NCBI GenBank assembly: GCA_951406725.2
Contig: OX597818.1
Location: 75,330,001 to 75,394,000 of the forward strand
DNA length: 64,000 nucleotides
Origin: Octopus vulgaris
Taxonomy: Eukaryota
Reading direction: 5' to 3'
This document shows positions 42,980-57,329 of this stretch, piece by piece. Numbering within the stretch: the stretch's first letter is position 1; every line of letters begins with the position of its first letter. The notes below the pieces were generated by a model. That model was given only the letters and a program-made list of their open reading frames with translations, was not told the origin of the DNA and did no database searches. Position numbers and translations under genes: made by a program.

Positions 42980-43985
42980 ACCTCCGCAAGATGCTTGATT
43001 CAGTGGACATAGATATGCTCTGGAGGATTCCTTAGCTGCAAGGCATACTTCCTCGACTGGTTGAGCTGATGGCGGCCTTGTATACTGCAACAGAGAGCAC
43101 AATTCGGATTGGTGGCTCAACATTTGACTTTTTCCCATGATCTGTCAGGATTGTGTCTTGGCTCCCACTCTGTTCAATGTCCGCATAGATTGGATGGTGG
43201 CTCGATCGAGTTGTGGAGCACTCGTTGGTGAAAGTAGAATTACTGACCTAGATTTTGCTGATGATGCAATTAGTCTTGTTGAGTCTTTGGATGTCTTAAG
43301 GAATACTCTCCTTTCACTGGAGGAAGAAGCAGAACCACTTGATCTTAGGGTTTATTGAATTAAAACAAAGATCCATTCTTTCGTTGGCTTCCTGGAGGAC
43401 TCTGCCTTATCTGTCTCTGTTGCAGTCGGGAATATCGAAGTTGTTGAGCACTCCACTCGACAGTGTGATCCATAGCAGCATTAGCCGTTGTCTTAAGACT
43501 TGAACGTACTGGTGTAGCTGTGGACTCACTAGATAAAGGAATTCGGCACTGCCGATATCTGAGCAAGAGGACAAAGTTTCGGATCTTCAGGCCTCTAGCC
43601 CCCTCTGTCTTGCTCTATAGTTACGAGACTTGAGACACTGTCGGGCCCTTAGGAAGTGCCTGAACTCCTTTGGTACCAGAACACTTCGCAGGATTATAGG
43701 TTACCATTGGTCGGGTTTTGTATCTAACCAACGGTTTTACTCAGAAATTGAGATATGTCCCGTCACCAGTATGATTCGTGAGCTCAGCTGAAACTGTTTG
43801 GTCGTATTACCCGATTTTCCGAGTTAGATCCTGTGTATCGTGTTTTTGTCTCTGAGGATCTGGCCGGGGTGACAACTCGTGTTGATTGGCCACATGCCAC
43901 ATAGTCACAGCAAATGAATAAGTATCTCGAGATTACGAGGACTGGCTGAAACACTGCTCAGAGGGTTATCTGGGTCGACCCGAGC
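42980..43985 (+). mobile_element. degenerate RTE-clade LINE RT fragment
   Basis: DSVD..MLWRI, QDCVLAPTLFN and DLDFADD motifs, with stops and frameshifts. Confidence 0.75.
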
Positions 43986-44069
43986 AAAGACTATTCATAT
44001 CAAATTCACTTTCTGTTCAACTGTTCACATCTTTTTGGGCATTGTTTTTTGCTCGTTTTTCAGCTGCAA

Positions 44070-44092
44070 GTTGTTGCTGCTGCTGCTGCTGC

Positions 44093-44135
<43 letters not shown>

Positions 44136-44235
44136 GCTGCTGCTGCTGTTGTTGTTGTTGTTGTCATCGTCGTCGTCGGTGTTGTCATTGTAGTTGCTGA
44201 CGTTGTTGTTATTGTTGTTATTATTACTGTTGTTG
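44070..44235. repeat. compound (GTT)n/(GCT)n microsatellite
   Basis: Directly visible. Confidence 0.9.
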
Positions 44236-44439
44236 ACTTCTACTGGTCTGATAAGTCGTGTTTTTACTATCATCTGTCTAGACTAGCCTATAAAATATTT
44301 AAATTACGTAAAAGAACATATTTTTCATACAAAGAACATTTAAACGTTTAAAAGCTTGTCTACAAAGATCCAGACGAACAAAACATGTTTTTAAACAAAT
44401 TTTATCTTACACTCATGTATGTATGTATGTATGTATATA

Positions 44440-44479
<40 letters not shown>

Positions 44480-44585
44480 CATACATACATACATACATAC
44501 ATACATACATACATACATCCCTACATACATACATACATACATACATACATACATACATACATACATACATACATACATACACACA

Positions 44586-44777
44586 CGAGGGAGTGCTGAA
44601 AAGTTCCTGGCTTTGAGGCCCAACCTTCCGAGTTCTTTTACAGGGCTTAGAAAGACTGAAGGACCATTACCATAAGCGTGTGAATCTGAGAGGGGAATAT
44701 GTTGAATAAAGTCATAATTAACTGATCCTCCTGCATTTACTTTTACCCAAAGCCAGTAACTTTTCAGCAGCCCCTCG
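44586..44777. mobile_element. mariner-derived MITE
   Basis: TIRs CGAGGGAGTGCTGAAAAGTTCCTGGCTTT and AAAGCCAGTAACTTTTCAGCAGCCCCTCG|TA. Confidence 0.8.
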
Positions 44778-45559
44778 TATGTATGTGTATGCGCGCGTGT
44801 GTATGCGTGTATGTATATATGTATATGCAAGTATATATATGTATGTATCTATAGGTCTATGTATGTGTGCCTCTTATAGTGTAAAATGGTGGCGTGTAAT
44901 GCCGGTCAAAACAATTGAAGCTGAAGGTAAGCATGTTTCCACAGGTTTTCAACACCAAAATATTAGAAAAACACAGGAGGACTTTGTAGTAAAATATATT
45001 CAATTTTGAAGTGTTTGTAGAAACTAGTACTGTTAGGAGGAATCCCAGAGCCGGAAATGGGATAACTAGCCACAGCTGTTTGCACGCTGACGATTTTACT
45101 GTTTTGACGAAAGTTCGTTTTAGCCCTGAAGGCAAACACACACACACGCGAGAGCAGAAATATACGCATACAGATAGAAAAAGTGACAGAAAGAGGGTGA
45201 GAGAGAGAGAGATTACAATTTACTAATTGAACACGATTGACATAAACATTTTTTCTCTCTTCATACACAGAGAGAGAAGACGAAGTGAGAGAATGAAAGA
45301 AAAAAACATTAAAATGGCTGCCAGCGCCGAATCAGCAACACCGAATAGGTGACATCAAAACAGTTATGCTAAAACGGATTATATCCTACTAAAGATTCGT
45401 TTGGTAAAGCAACAATAAAAACACGAGTCCAACACACAAGCTTTGTCAAACAAAAGTATCTTTGTATTTCTGAATGATAGAAATTTGAGGGGTCCTTTTT
45501 CTCCATTTTTATAAATGTAACTTGAAACAAACACCTTTAGATTTCTTTTTTCTTTTTTC

Positions 45560-45751
45560 TTTTTTAGTTATTTCAGTCATTTGATTACGGTCATGCTAGG
45601 GCACCACATTGAAGGATTTTTTGGTCGAAGAAATTGCGCCCAGAACTTCTTTTTAACTTAGTACTTATTCTATCAGTCTCTTTTGCCGAACTGCAAACTT
45701 AGGGAGACGTAAGCACACTAACACCAGTTGTCAAACGGTGGTGGGGGACAA
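45560..45751 (-). mobile_element. SINE 3' half, truncated at the inverted PLE block
   Basis: Reverse complement of the SINE body at 51960-52127, with tail GTGGTGCCCTAGCATGACC..TGACTGAAA. Confidence 0.7.
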
Positions 45752-46264
45752 ACATTTTTTCTATTTAATCTAGCTATTATGGCACCTATATTTGGAAGAG
45801 TAGAGTATGATGTTCTAACTGATTTACTAGAAATTATTTTATAATATTTATGGGAAGCAGGGAAGTTTGTTTCTAGTATGGACATAAATTTGCCATATAT
45901 TTTCGTAGAAATTGTACAGTTGAAGGGAATATTCAGCCATACAAATTTTTTCTTTTGAATTTTTTTATTTGAGTAAGTGTGGGAAAGATTTATGTTAACT
46001 ATATCCTTCAGAGTTTTGTTATTATCTTTAGTCTTATACATATATTTATTAGGTTTTTTATCAGTGGGAGAGATTTTTATATTATTATTTGTATTTATTT
46101 TATTTAACTTAACCTTTTTATACTTATTTATGTCCTGTTTACCATTTCCATTTCTTTCATCGGGTTTATAAGCTAGGTTATCTGGTTTGGTTGATTTATA
46201 TTTTTTTTAAGTTGTAGATTCTATATTATTTGAGCCATTGTCTATTTAATTAAAAAATTCCATA

Positions 46265-46352
46265 TGTGGCTGAAGACTGCTCTACATTTTAAAACTGATG
46301 TAATACTTACATTGTTTAATTAAATGAAGTAGCATGAAACGATTGTACTACA
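46265..46352 (+). ncRNA. hammerhead ribozyme motif with long stem-II loop (mirror copy at 47234-47321, minus)
   Basis: TGTGG-CTGAAGA-CTGCT..AGCAT-GAAAC-GATT-GTA-CTACA; the closing pair of stem II is mismatched. Confidence 0.6.
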
Positions 46353-46483
46353 CTACTTTTGGATATCCTTGCTGCTTATTTTGATTACAATCACCCCATT
46401 TGATTTATATGGATAATACTATACCAAATTCTGGTGCCTTTAACTTAAGTACCATATTCATCGGAATCTAAATTTTTGCTGAA

Positions 46484-46532
<49 letters not shown>

Positions 46533-46864
46533 TTTTTTGCTGAACTTATATATATATATATATATAATAATAAGAGTAAATAATTTCTATAAAGGTTTTT
46601 AAAAAAAAACACAATTATTTACTCGTAGAATTCGGTATGTAAATATAGCCGATTACCGGCAGGAACCTCTGTAAAGTTCAGTATATATATTGTATATAAG
46701 AAAAAGGGACAAGCAACAGGTTGCTTGACCGCATACCGAAAAAATAGAAATAGCAGTCAAGAATGCTTATTTCTATCAAAGTGGGACTCCGGGCACGACA
46801 AACCCTGTAATTCACATATGCAAAACGGAAGGGATAGATAACGAAAACGAAGTCTGGTGGTTAT

Positions 46865-46977
46865 CTGTGAACATCATGTTTCTGGATTATAAACATATTG
46901 AATATATATTTCATATATATTTTTGATATATATTTCATATACATTGCATATATATTTCACATCCTTCTTCAGCACAG
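46865..46977 (-). ncRNA. hammerhead ribozyme motif with AT-rich insertion in stem II
   Basis: CTGTG-CTGAAGA-A-GGAT..~70 nt..ATCC-A-GAAACA-TGA-TGTT-CACAG. Confidence 0.55.
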
Positions 46978-47340
46978 CTTTCCATTGAAATAGATTTATC
47001 ATAGATTTATCAAATGCTACGTACCTCAAACCTTCTGACCATGCGACATCAAAATATTTCAAGAAAGTGAGCAAAGGCTAAACCTATATATATATATATA
47101 AGTTCAGCAAAAATTTAGATTCCGATGAATATGGTACTTAAGTTAAAGGCACCAGAATTTGGTATAGTATTATCCATATAAATCAAATGGGGTGATTGTA
47201 ATCAAAATAAGCAGCAAGGATATCCAAAAGTAGTGTAGTACAATCGTTTCATGCTACTTCATTTAATTAAACAATGTAAGTATTACATCAGTTTTAAAAT
47301 GTAGAGCAGTCTTCAGCCACATATGGAATTTTTTAATTAA

Positions 47341-47862
47341 ATAGACAATGGCTCAAATAATATAGAATCTACAACTTTAAAAAAATATAAATCAACCAAA
47401 ACAGATAACCTAGCTTATAAACCTGATGAAAGAAATGGAAATGGTAAACAGGACATAAATAAGTATAAAAAGGTTAAGTTAAATAAAATAAATACAAATA
47501 ATAATATAAAAATCTCTCCCACTGATAAAAAACCTAATAAATATATGTATAAGACTAAAGATAATAACAAAACTCTGAAGGATATAGTTAACATAAATCT
47601 TTCCCACCCTTACTCAAATAAAAAAATTCAAAAGAAAAAATTTGTATGGCTGAATATTCCCTTCAACTGTACAATTTCTACGAAAATATATGGCAAATTT
47701 ATGTCCATACTAGAAACAAACTTCCCTGCTTCCCATAAATATTATAAAATAATTTCTAGTAAATCAGTTAGAACATCATACTCTACTCTTCCAAATATAG
47801 GTGCCATAATAGCTAGATTAAATAGAAAAAATATTAAGTTAGCCAGAAATGTTGAAAATAGC

Positions 47863-47929
<67 letters not shown>

Positions 47930-48950
47930 TAGCAATATTGTTTTCTTCATTGCTATCTTCACTGTTTGAGAAAAATATTAAGAATGATCTCGTTTGAGAT
48001 TACAAACATCTTTGGCTAGTTTAACCGTGTTGTGACCACTATTTTGATTGGTTAGCATCTAAGCGCGGTCTGTCTCTCTACCTACTACCTACTTCCAATC
48101 ACGGCTTTCGGATAGGACTTTCCATTTGAGCCATCTTAACTCTTTAAATAGGCTGATATATTACGATTCACTGTCTTTTGGCTTAAGACTTTTTAAGGTC
48201 TTAGTCGGAGACTACACAGAGCATACTCAACCATGTTCCAGTTCGAAAGGCAGACGACAACCAAGCAAAACATAATATGAAGACGCTATTGTAAACCAAG
48301 CGACAGACATAACGTCATAGCCAACATCGTCTCCATCTACAAGGATTCAACTTGTACACAAGATAAATACAGATTCAACTCATGCTGTTAGTGAGAAAAT
48401 CTCACCACAGAAAGACAGTTGCAGTATATATCTGAAAGAATATCTATACCAAGAGAAAAATATGCACAACAAGTGACTCAACTAATCTCAGCTCCGAGAC
48501 TCAAATCTTGTATAGAACTCATTATGGTGTACTACATGAACTGGTAAAATAACTCTAAAGTAACTTCATCTAAACTCAAAATGTTGAGATTTCTTTTATG
48601 CTCTGTTGTATTTGCATAAACCTTATTTCTGTACTTTTGTCGCACACACGAACAGACAGACACAAATATATTAAGCATGCATCCATGACACAACACTACG
48701 CTAATAACAACAAATCACTTTGTACACAGGGAATAAAATATACCTTCCCTTTATAGAAGTAGAACGGTTTTTGACGTTCCTTTATACATTTACTTTGGCA
48801 CTGTATATTAAATATGTATTATGGCTTATATAACATTAAGTTATGTTATGTTGGGATGTGGCCGGACGCTGTTGAACAAGAGGAGAAAATATGTCACCGA
48901 AACTCCCTCTCGTGCGGTCGTATTCTAACATCATCATCATCATCATCATC

Positions 48951-48992
<42 letters not shown>

Positions 48993-50386
48993 GCATTAAT
49001 ATAAACAATAATAATAATAATATAAATGAAAATAATAAAAATGTGAAAAGTGAGAGAATGGAGAAAAAATTAGCAACAAACAACCCTAACTTACATAGCA
49101 ATATAATTATAGATAAGGGAAATAATACTAATGTTAATAATAGCTCTAATAATAACAATGAAAACAGCTTGTTCCTAAATAATACTAATATCAGAAATCA
49201 TCCCCCCCCCCCCCAGTTGTAATTGTAGAATTAGATCAAGATGCCGGTATCTGGTCGATGTCTGGTCCAAAACGTAATTTATAAATGTACAGTAATAATT
49301 TCAAATAATAGCTATTTTTATTTCGGATGTTCGATAGATCTGAAAAAGAAAAACGCTTAAACAATCATTTATCTAATTTTAGACTTAAACATAAGGCGGA
49401 TTGCACAACGCTGTCTAGTAAAATTTGGGAATTGAAAGGAAAAAATATCCAGTTTAACCTTAAATGGGATATAATAAGAAAGGCACAGCCTTATAAAAAT
49501 AGTAGAGATGGATGTGAACTTTGTTCTATGGAGACATATGAAATTTTGAAACATAAGAATAATATAAACTTATTGAATAACCGTTTTGATCTAGGAGTCT
49601 CCTGCATACATTGTGCCACCCGTACTTTTAAATATTTTAAATAAAAGCATTCTGACTATTCCTAAATTTTCAAATCTTAATGTTTTGTAACCAAATAAGG
49701 AAATAATATACCATACTAGTTTTTATTTAACCTGCACGGATTATTAAGAAATTTAATAATATAAATAGATTGAATAAAGTGAAATAAAATCTTTTAAAAT
49801 TTTCTATAAAGGATTGCATAAATTCCATATATCTAGTGAAATTATTAAGTTCATCATGGTAACTTCCCTTCCATTACACTTTAAAATATTTTAAAGGCTC
49901 TTAATATATGTGCTAATTCATAAGTTTTTTTTTTTTGCTAGGAATATTCACATAATTAGCTCTTCTTAATTCCCCTTAATTAATATGCAAAGCCTGATAA
50001 TTAAATAGATAATAATCATCGTGACCTGGTGGTTACCGCCCGTTGATAAGAGACAATAATCTCGAAACCGGTCCGTGCGTATCACTCAGGCTTGCGAGGA
50101 AGGTATGGCCTCCCATTGCAAATACTTCAAGGGCACTGAAAGGGTGTCTAAAGCCAGCTGGAGACGATGATCTCCTGGGGCTAAAAAGCTACAGTAACAC
50201 CCCCACTTTGTGGTTAGCCATATTTAGATGGCTTTTATACTTTACATTGTCGAGCGGTTACTGTTTACATCTCGCTCTGAGATTTAATAATGCTTACAGT
50301 CAGTTTTTCGAAATCAGTGGCAGACGTCACTAGAAAAACTCTTATATATTTGCAAAGCAGGCCTTGTCTTTCATCGTGACCTGGTA
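47341..50386 (+). mobile_element. AT-rich Penelope-like element (C-terminal GIY-YIG, Nematis/Neptune-like), 5'-truncated and interrupted
   Basis: WLNIPFN..FP..H...SYS..PN linker; CNCR..C..GRC..NVIYKC..YFG (GIY-YIG); CELC..E..LN..CIH end (49327-49644); 3' region with a hammerhead and a short terminal repeat TCATCGTGACCTGGT (about 50016 and 50372). About 1 kb unrelated insert at 47928-48948 within (AAT)n. Confidence 0.8.
50037..50079 (+). ncRNA. minimal hammerhead motif with U3-A8 core variant
   Basis: CGCCCG-TTGATAA-GAGA-CAATAA-TCTC-GAAACCGGTC-CGTGCG. Confidence 0.65.
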
Positions 50387-50501
50387 GATCAACAGATGAC
50401 GGGTTTTTTTGTGTCGGTTATTTTGTGTATCGCGGTTGTGAGTTCGAATTCGTTGGTGGAAGCTGTTACAGCGTGATGAATTGTTGGAGTTTTTGTTGAG
50501 T

Positions 50502-51044
50502 ATGCAAGCCCAAACTTATGCGGGAGCAGCAGGCAAAGGCCTGGCTGCGAGCGAACTGCAGTTGGAGGAAGTGATCGTCGAGAAGGCGATTTTGAAGAAA
50601 TACTTCAATAGCTTCAAAAAGGAAGGTGATTGTGTGAGGGTCACACCACCTGAAGACGAAGCGAAAGAAGCAGAGAAGCGTATTATAACATACAGAACGT
50701 GGAGCGTGGCTTCGAAGAAAATAGAAGTGGCAGAGGTGGAGGAAATCGAGAGGTGTCTACAGGGAATTGAAGGAGAAACTACCTTCTACAATAGAGGTAG
50801 AAAATACGCAACAGTAGTAGTTCATTTTGAGAACGAAGATGAAGCGAAGAGGAACGCCACGAAAATATTGAAAACTGAAAAATGGGTATTACTACCTAGC
50901 TACTGTGGAAAAAGAGCAGTAAGAATAATAATAAGTAAAATTTCACCAGAACTGAACATGGAAAGAAATATAGCAGCAATAGTATTCAACTGCAAAGAGA
51001 GCGTTGACATACTGAAGGTGGAAAAGTCGAAAGAAGTAAAGTAG
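50502..51044 (+). pseudogene. probable ORF1 (RRM-like) 5' fragment of an L1/Tx1-type LINE
   Basis: About 180 aa purine-rich ORF with an N-terminal TYA motif, GRKYATVVVHF and RIIISKISPE, reminiscent of LINE ORF1; truncated near a SINE. Confidence 0.45.
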
Positions 51045-51117
51045 TGGGGTTATGCGGTGCAGGTTTTGGTTCACATAACCATGCCAGACATGTATAACAT
51101 CCCAGATATATATATTG

Positions 51118-52127
<1,010 letters not shown>

Positions 52128-52152
52128 GTAAAAGAATGTATGTGTGTGTGTG

Positions 52153-52349
52153 TATAAAATTAACAGAATGAAATTTTAAAAATCCAAGGCTGTGAATAGC
52201 GTGCAGAACATTTATAAAGAAGTCTTACAGCTGTTTGTTTCCGGGATATACAAAACAACCCGAAAAAAGCTGTAAGACTTTCTCTTTATAAATGTTTTGA
52301 AAACTATTCACAGCCTTGGATTTTTTATCACATTCTGCTATTTTTTATA
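52153..52349. repeat. ~195 bp palindrome (hairpin MITE-like)
   Basis: AAAAATCCAAGGCTGTGAATAG..AACATTTATAAAGA..GTCTTACAGCT is mirrored around a short loop. Confidence 0.8.
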
Positions 52350-54139
52350 TATATGCATGTTAATACACGACCTACGTTGGACTCCTCATTCGTATCATTA
52401 TCGTACCTGGAGCTTAACTATAGTCTGTCCATAGCACACTTACTCAGCATTACCTGACACTTTTGGATCTTCTTGACACCAATACCCTCGATATATGTAT
52501 ATATATATATAGGGTTATTTAATGCCTGAATTAAATAACTTTGAGTTTCTTTGATAAAACGTTAAATCTATGAAATACAACTACACGCATACATATATCT
52601 GTGCATGTGTGTGTGTGTGTGTTTTGTGCATTTGTACTAGATCGCTCGGCGTCACTACAGGGAAAGTGTAACTCATTACAATCTGTTTCATGATCAGATT
52701 GTCGGCGATTATACTGACAACTCCGCCAAATTAGCTTAGTGAGTAGAGCGATCTTTGAACACCTTTTAGCATCTGTGCCTGCGCGGTATATAATTGACAG
52801 ACTTCAAACTAAGAGCCAAGTAGTCTTGTTGTGGCGGCGTGAATGAATTACTGCCATTTCTGTAGTTTCAGGAACACAGGAGTCGTTGGGGTTTTTGAAG
52901 TGCCTTGTAGTCAGTCGTGGTTTTCAGTGATTACGGATAACTGAAAATTATTGAAGTCACAAACAGCGTGGTAATGAAGATATCACACATTTCCTGCAAT
53001 GAAAAACCTCCAATTCCATATTGTGTAGTTACACAGGAGCAGTCATGATTCTCTTGTCCATCGCTTGGATGCGTCCCCGATTGAGGTTGGAAATATGGTT
53101 GAAGTCATTGTCTTCATAAACCATTGGACTAACATAATAACTTTATGTAACGTCTGTTTTCTTCATTTCTTTCTACCTTATTTGTTTACTTATTTATTTG
53201 ATGGTCTTTTTGCTGCGGGTGCTAGCTCAATGTCGAATCTATATATGAGTGTATGTGAATGTTTCTGAGTATATATATGTGAGTGCACGTGCGTGCGTGT
53301 CTGTATACGTCTATATGCCTATATGTTACATACACATGCATAAGTAAATAGATGGATAGAGTGAGAGAGAGAGGGGGGCGAGATGTGTACTTAAATATAT
53401 ATACACAATACGTATATATGTATTTATATATTTTTGTGGTTATATATATATATGTGTGTGTGTGTGTGTATTGTGTATGTCAGAGAGAGAGCAAGAGGGA
53501 GAGAGCGAGAGAGAAAGTCTGCACATATATGTGTGTATATAATGTTAAAAATATAAACGGAGATAACCTCCAAATAAGTTTCAGACAGCCAGACCAGACG
53601 CAAAAGCAGCAGTAATTGCTGCAGTATTGCAGTACGATAAATAATAATGAAATGTTTCTTCCTACACGGACACACACACACACACAGATATATATATATA
53701 TATATATATATGGCGAGAGCGAGCGTGTACGTTAAGTCTAATGATGTAAACATGTGAACACGATCGGCTGCGGTCAACAGCTACGTTAACAAATGAGACG
53801 TTTATCATCTTTTATCATTGACATAGTCTTCTCCATTGCAGACAATATTGTCCCAGTCGAGCGACTATCATTTGATGAAGCCGTACGGTAATTATCAATT
53901 GGCGAACGCTTGTTTTGCAAGAGTTAATTAGGGGTAGAGATTGCTGCTCATATATTATTGGTTATGTTCGCATCTCGTTAAATTTGCATCGACTTTTATT
54001 TAATTATTTACTTCGTTAGAGATTTAAAATTAGATCTTAAAATTTTATTTCAATTAGCGAAAGTTTTATAATCATAATAAAATTCTTCGTCGTTGATTAT
54101 TTTTAATTATGGTTCTATTTTATTGTTAATGTTGTTGTT

Positions 54140-54141
54140 AC

Positions 54142-54220
<79 letters not shown>
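54140..54220. repeat. (TTA)n microsatellite
   Basis: Directly visible. Confidence 0.95.
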
Positions 54221-54815
54221 TTAGGCGCTTTACTTGCTTTTGTTTCTGAAGACTGTTTTTTTTAATGGTATAGAAAAAACACACAAAAAAAACATTCTAT
54301 TTTTGAAAAATGTTCTCTTGCATCAAATAATTGGATTTCAAAATTTTAAAATAATTGATATTTTGTCAGGCGTTTTTTTTTTTTTTTTTTGGTACAAGTT
54401 TAAACACGAGTTTAAATGGAAGTAAAATATCGTTTTGTATGCATTACAGTATTGAGTCAATAAAGTTAGAATAACCAGATAAATATAGCAATGGATTACC
54501 GTTTCACATTTCCTGTCGAATTTACGTCGACAACATAACTCTGCATAACGCAGTTAACCCGGGTGTCTAGAATATAGGCAAGATATGGAACCACTGGCAT
54601 GCTTACTCCTTTCTCTGTGTATTCTATCATTACTATAATGGCATGTGTTCCTCGGACCGATTGGTCATGTGCCTCTTCACAAGACGTTGGTCAGCTCGGA
54701 ATATATTAGGAGACACTTGCCCAAAGTGCCACGCAGAGGAATCAAACCTGAAATTACATGGTTGCGAAGCAATCTTTTTAAACACATGGCTATGTCTGCG
54801 CTTTTACATACATAA

Positions 54816-54852
<37 letters not shown>

Positions 54853-54894
54853 AGCACACATGCACATACAAGCACACATATTCATGCGTACATA

Positions 54895-55769
54895 TGAGGT
54901 CTGATCAATAAGTATCCGGACTGGTGCTATAAAAACAAAACTACAACACGTACCAATTTGGCATTTAATCTCCTTCAAAGTAGTGCCCTTCGGAAGCCAT
55001 GCACTTAATCCAGAGCTGTTTCCACCGATCGAAGCATTCCTGGAACTCGTTTTCTGGGATAATCGGCAGCTGCCACGTCGCATTCACTTTGATTTCCTCG
55101 GCGTCCTGAAATTTTCTTCCTTTCAAGTAGGATTTGATTTTTGGAAAGAGGAAAACGTAACAAGGGACGAGATCTGGGAATACGGTGGCTGTCGGACCTG
55201 GGGAATGCTGTGCCGAGCCAAAAACTGCTGCACAAGCTGCGCTGGATCGGCAGGCGCGTTGTCAGCTGAAGGCTTTGGCACAAACTTGGCAGACACGCGT
55301 CTCATACTCACACCTTCAATGATAATGGACTGAACTGAACCGTAACTAATCTGCATATTTTCTGATAACTCACGGATGGTGATTCGACGATTTCCTTTCA
55401 CAGCTGCACGCACATCTGTGATGTTTTTCTCAGTTCTGGTGGTTGCAGGTCTCCCAGAACGTTTGTCACTATCGACATTTTTCGACTCATGTACTCCTCT
55501 CCATACACTTTCTGTAACTTCGCGTAGGCCTCTGAGCAGATACCACCAAACTTTTGGCAAAATCTGATGCATACTCAAGGTCAATGCGATGATCACACGC
55601 TACACATGCCCCTTCCAAGCACTATAAAAAGGGGAAATGAGCTAGAACGTTAAAACTTTGTGCGCATGCACAGCAGAGTTTAAGGTCAATATGTGCCAAG
55701 CGGCTTCACTCCGCGTGCTTTAACTTCGTTACAACTGCAACCGACCGGATACTTATTGATCAGACCACG
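54895..55769 (-). mobile_element. internally deleted mariner element with both TIRs
   Basis: TIRs GGTCTGATCAATAAGTATCCGG. ORF 55123-55596 joins the HTH and RVSAKFVPK directly to DNAPA..PPYS, so the catalytic-domain N-half is deleted. Confidence 0.9.
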
Positions 55770-56234
55770 TGTAGTGGTGAGGTGGGTAAAATATGTTCTT
55801 CACCTTTCTCTCCCTTTTCCATATCGCTTATTCCTACTCTTTCTCCTACTACTACGACCTTTCCCTCTCCCACTCTCTATTTTACTCTCTACCCCTTATT
55901 ACATGCTCTTTTATCTCTCCTCTTAAACGGTATCACATGACTTCTTGTTTCTAAAATTTCCATCTTTTTTAGCCTGGCCGCTCTCTTGGTCAGTTGGGGA
56001 TTTTTCCGCTCTTGTAGATTTTAAATTTACTTTAGACTTGGTTTATCTTATATATTTCCAAGTCCGAAATGTTATTCTTTCCTATTAGCGTTACTTTTGC
56101 ACGTCTTGTCTTAATTCTACCATATAGACTAAAGGCTTCTAAAGTTATTAAAAATATACTTGTATCGTTCATTATTCGTTTATAACTCTTGTATTCTCAT
56201 TCGCGCACCCGGTAACCTGGTCGCCTACCTTGGA

Positions 56235-56700
56235 ATATAAGAACTTTTTTCAGCTTATCTTCTCCGATATGAAAAACATCCACAACCTTCCGTCTCAATA
56301 AATCACTACTGTCCCTGAAAGTTGGCAACAGGACTCTGCACCATGCCACACTAGCATGAGAATCGAGTAATGGCTGTCAGACAATTTCTGCGACCACATC
56401 ACCCCTAACATCTAACCACCTAACTCCCCCCTTGATTATTTTGTAACACCAAATATAAACTGAAGGTAAAGATTATGGTATCATTCACCAACTTAAACAA
56501 GGAGACCGTCAAGAGTTGCAGGAGATTCCGTAGTTGTCTGGAGGCTGTGGTTAAAGCCAATGGTGATTTTATTGAATAAATTTACTTTTTAGTATTTCAA
56601 GATAATTTTATGTAATTTTGGCAAATATATCTGTAAAAATGAGATGTCAATGTTATTATTTTTTCGTAATTTAGACGACAGTTTATTCACCGCACCCTGC
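56235..56700 (+). mobile_element. degenerate DD37D/maT transposon 3' fragment
   Basis: WQQDSAPCH..WLSDNF...PPNSP..LDY; ends at CGCACCCTG. Confidence 0.6.
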
Positions 56701-56725
56701 ATATATACACGAGTAAGCACACCCA

Positions 56726-56779
<54 letters not shown>

Positions 56780-56783
<4 letters not shown>

Positions 56784-57195
56784 GACGTGCCGCCTAGGTA
56801 GGCAAGGTAGGCAGTGCCTACCTTGAGTAAAAGAGATCGATAGCAACATTTTCCTTTTAATGCAAAATATGCACCTAATTCAATAAAATTATGAAGGTTA
56901 CTCTGATTATTATGCATAAAATGCAAAACATATATATATATATATTATTTTTTGTAGATTAGGTACGCATAATTCGCCCCTGCTTTTCAATCTCAGTATT
57001 TAAGCCACGCATAATATTGCCATAGTACACGTGCTGCGTACACTCCTACAGTACCGTTTTCTTTACGTGCTATAAAGGCAGAAGTAAATCTGCCTACAAC
57101 CCAGCTGCGCGTCCGTGTTTCGCTTATTTTTCGTGTTTTACTACATGAAGGTCACCAACTGCCTAGCCTGAGTAATTACAGACGGCACGTGCTTG
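56780..57195. mobile_element. hAT-like non-autonomous element
   Basis: Short imperfect TIRs AGGGACGTGCCG and CGGCACGTGCTTG, with subterminal GGTAGGCA/TGCCTA repeats. Confidence 0.5.
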
Positions 57196-57258
57196 GTATA
57201 TGTGTGTGTGTGTATGTATATATATATATATACATATATATATTTTTTTATTTATATA

Positions 57259-57329
<71 letters not shown>

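Larger units (their letters stand above)
45752..47832. repeat. ~735 bp near-perfect inverted repeat (arms 45752-46490 and 47097-47832), ~600 bp spacer
   Basis: ORFs 45718-46041(-) and 47545-47997(+) are nearly identical; only a few substitutions were seen along the arms. Confidence 0.93.
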
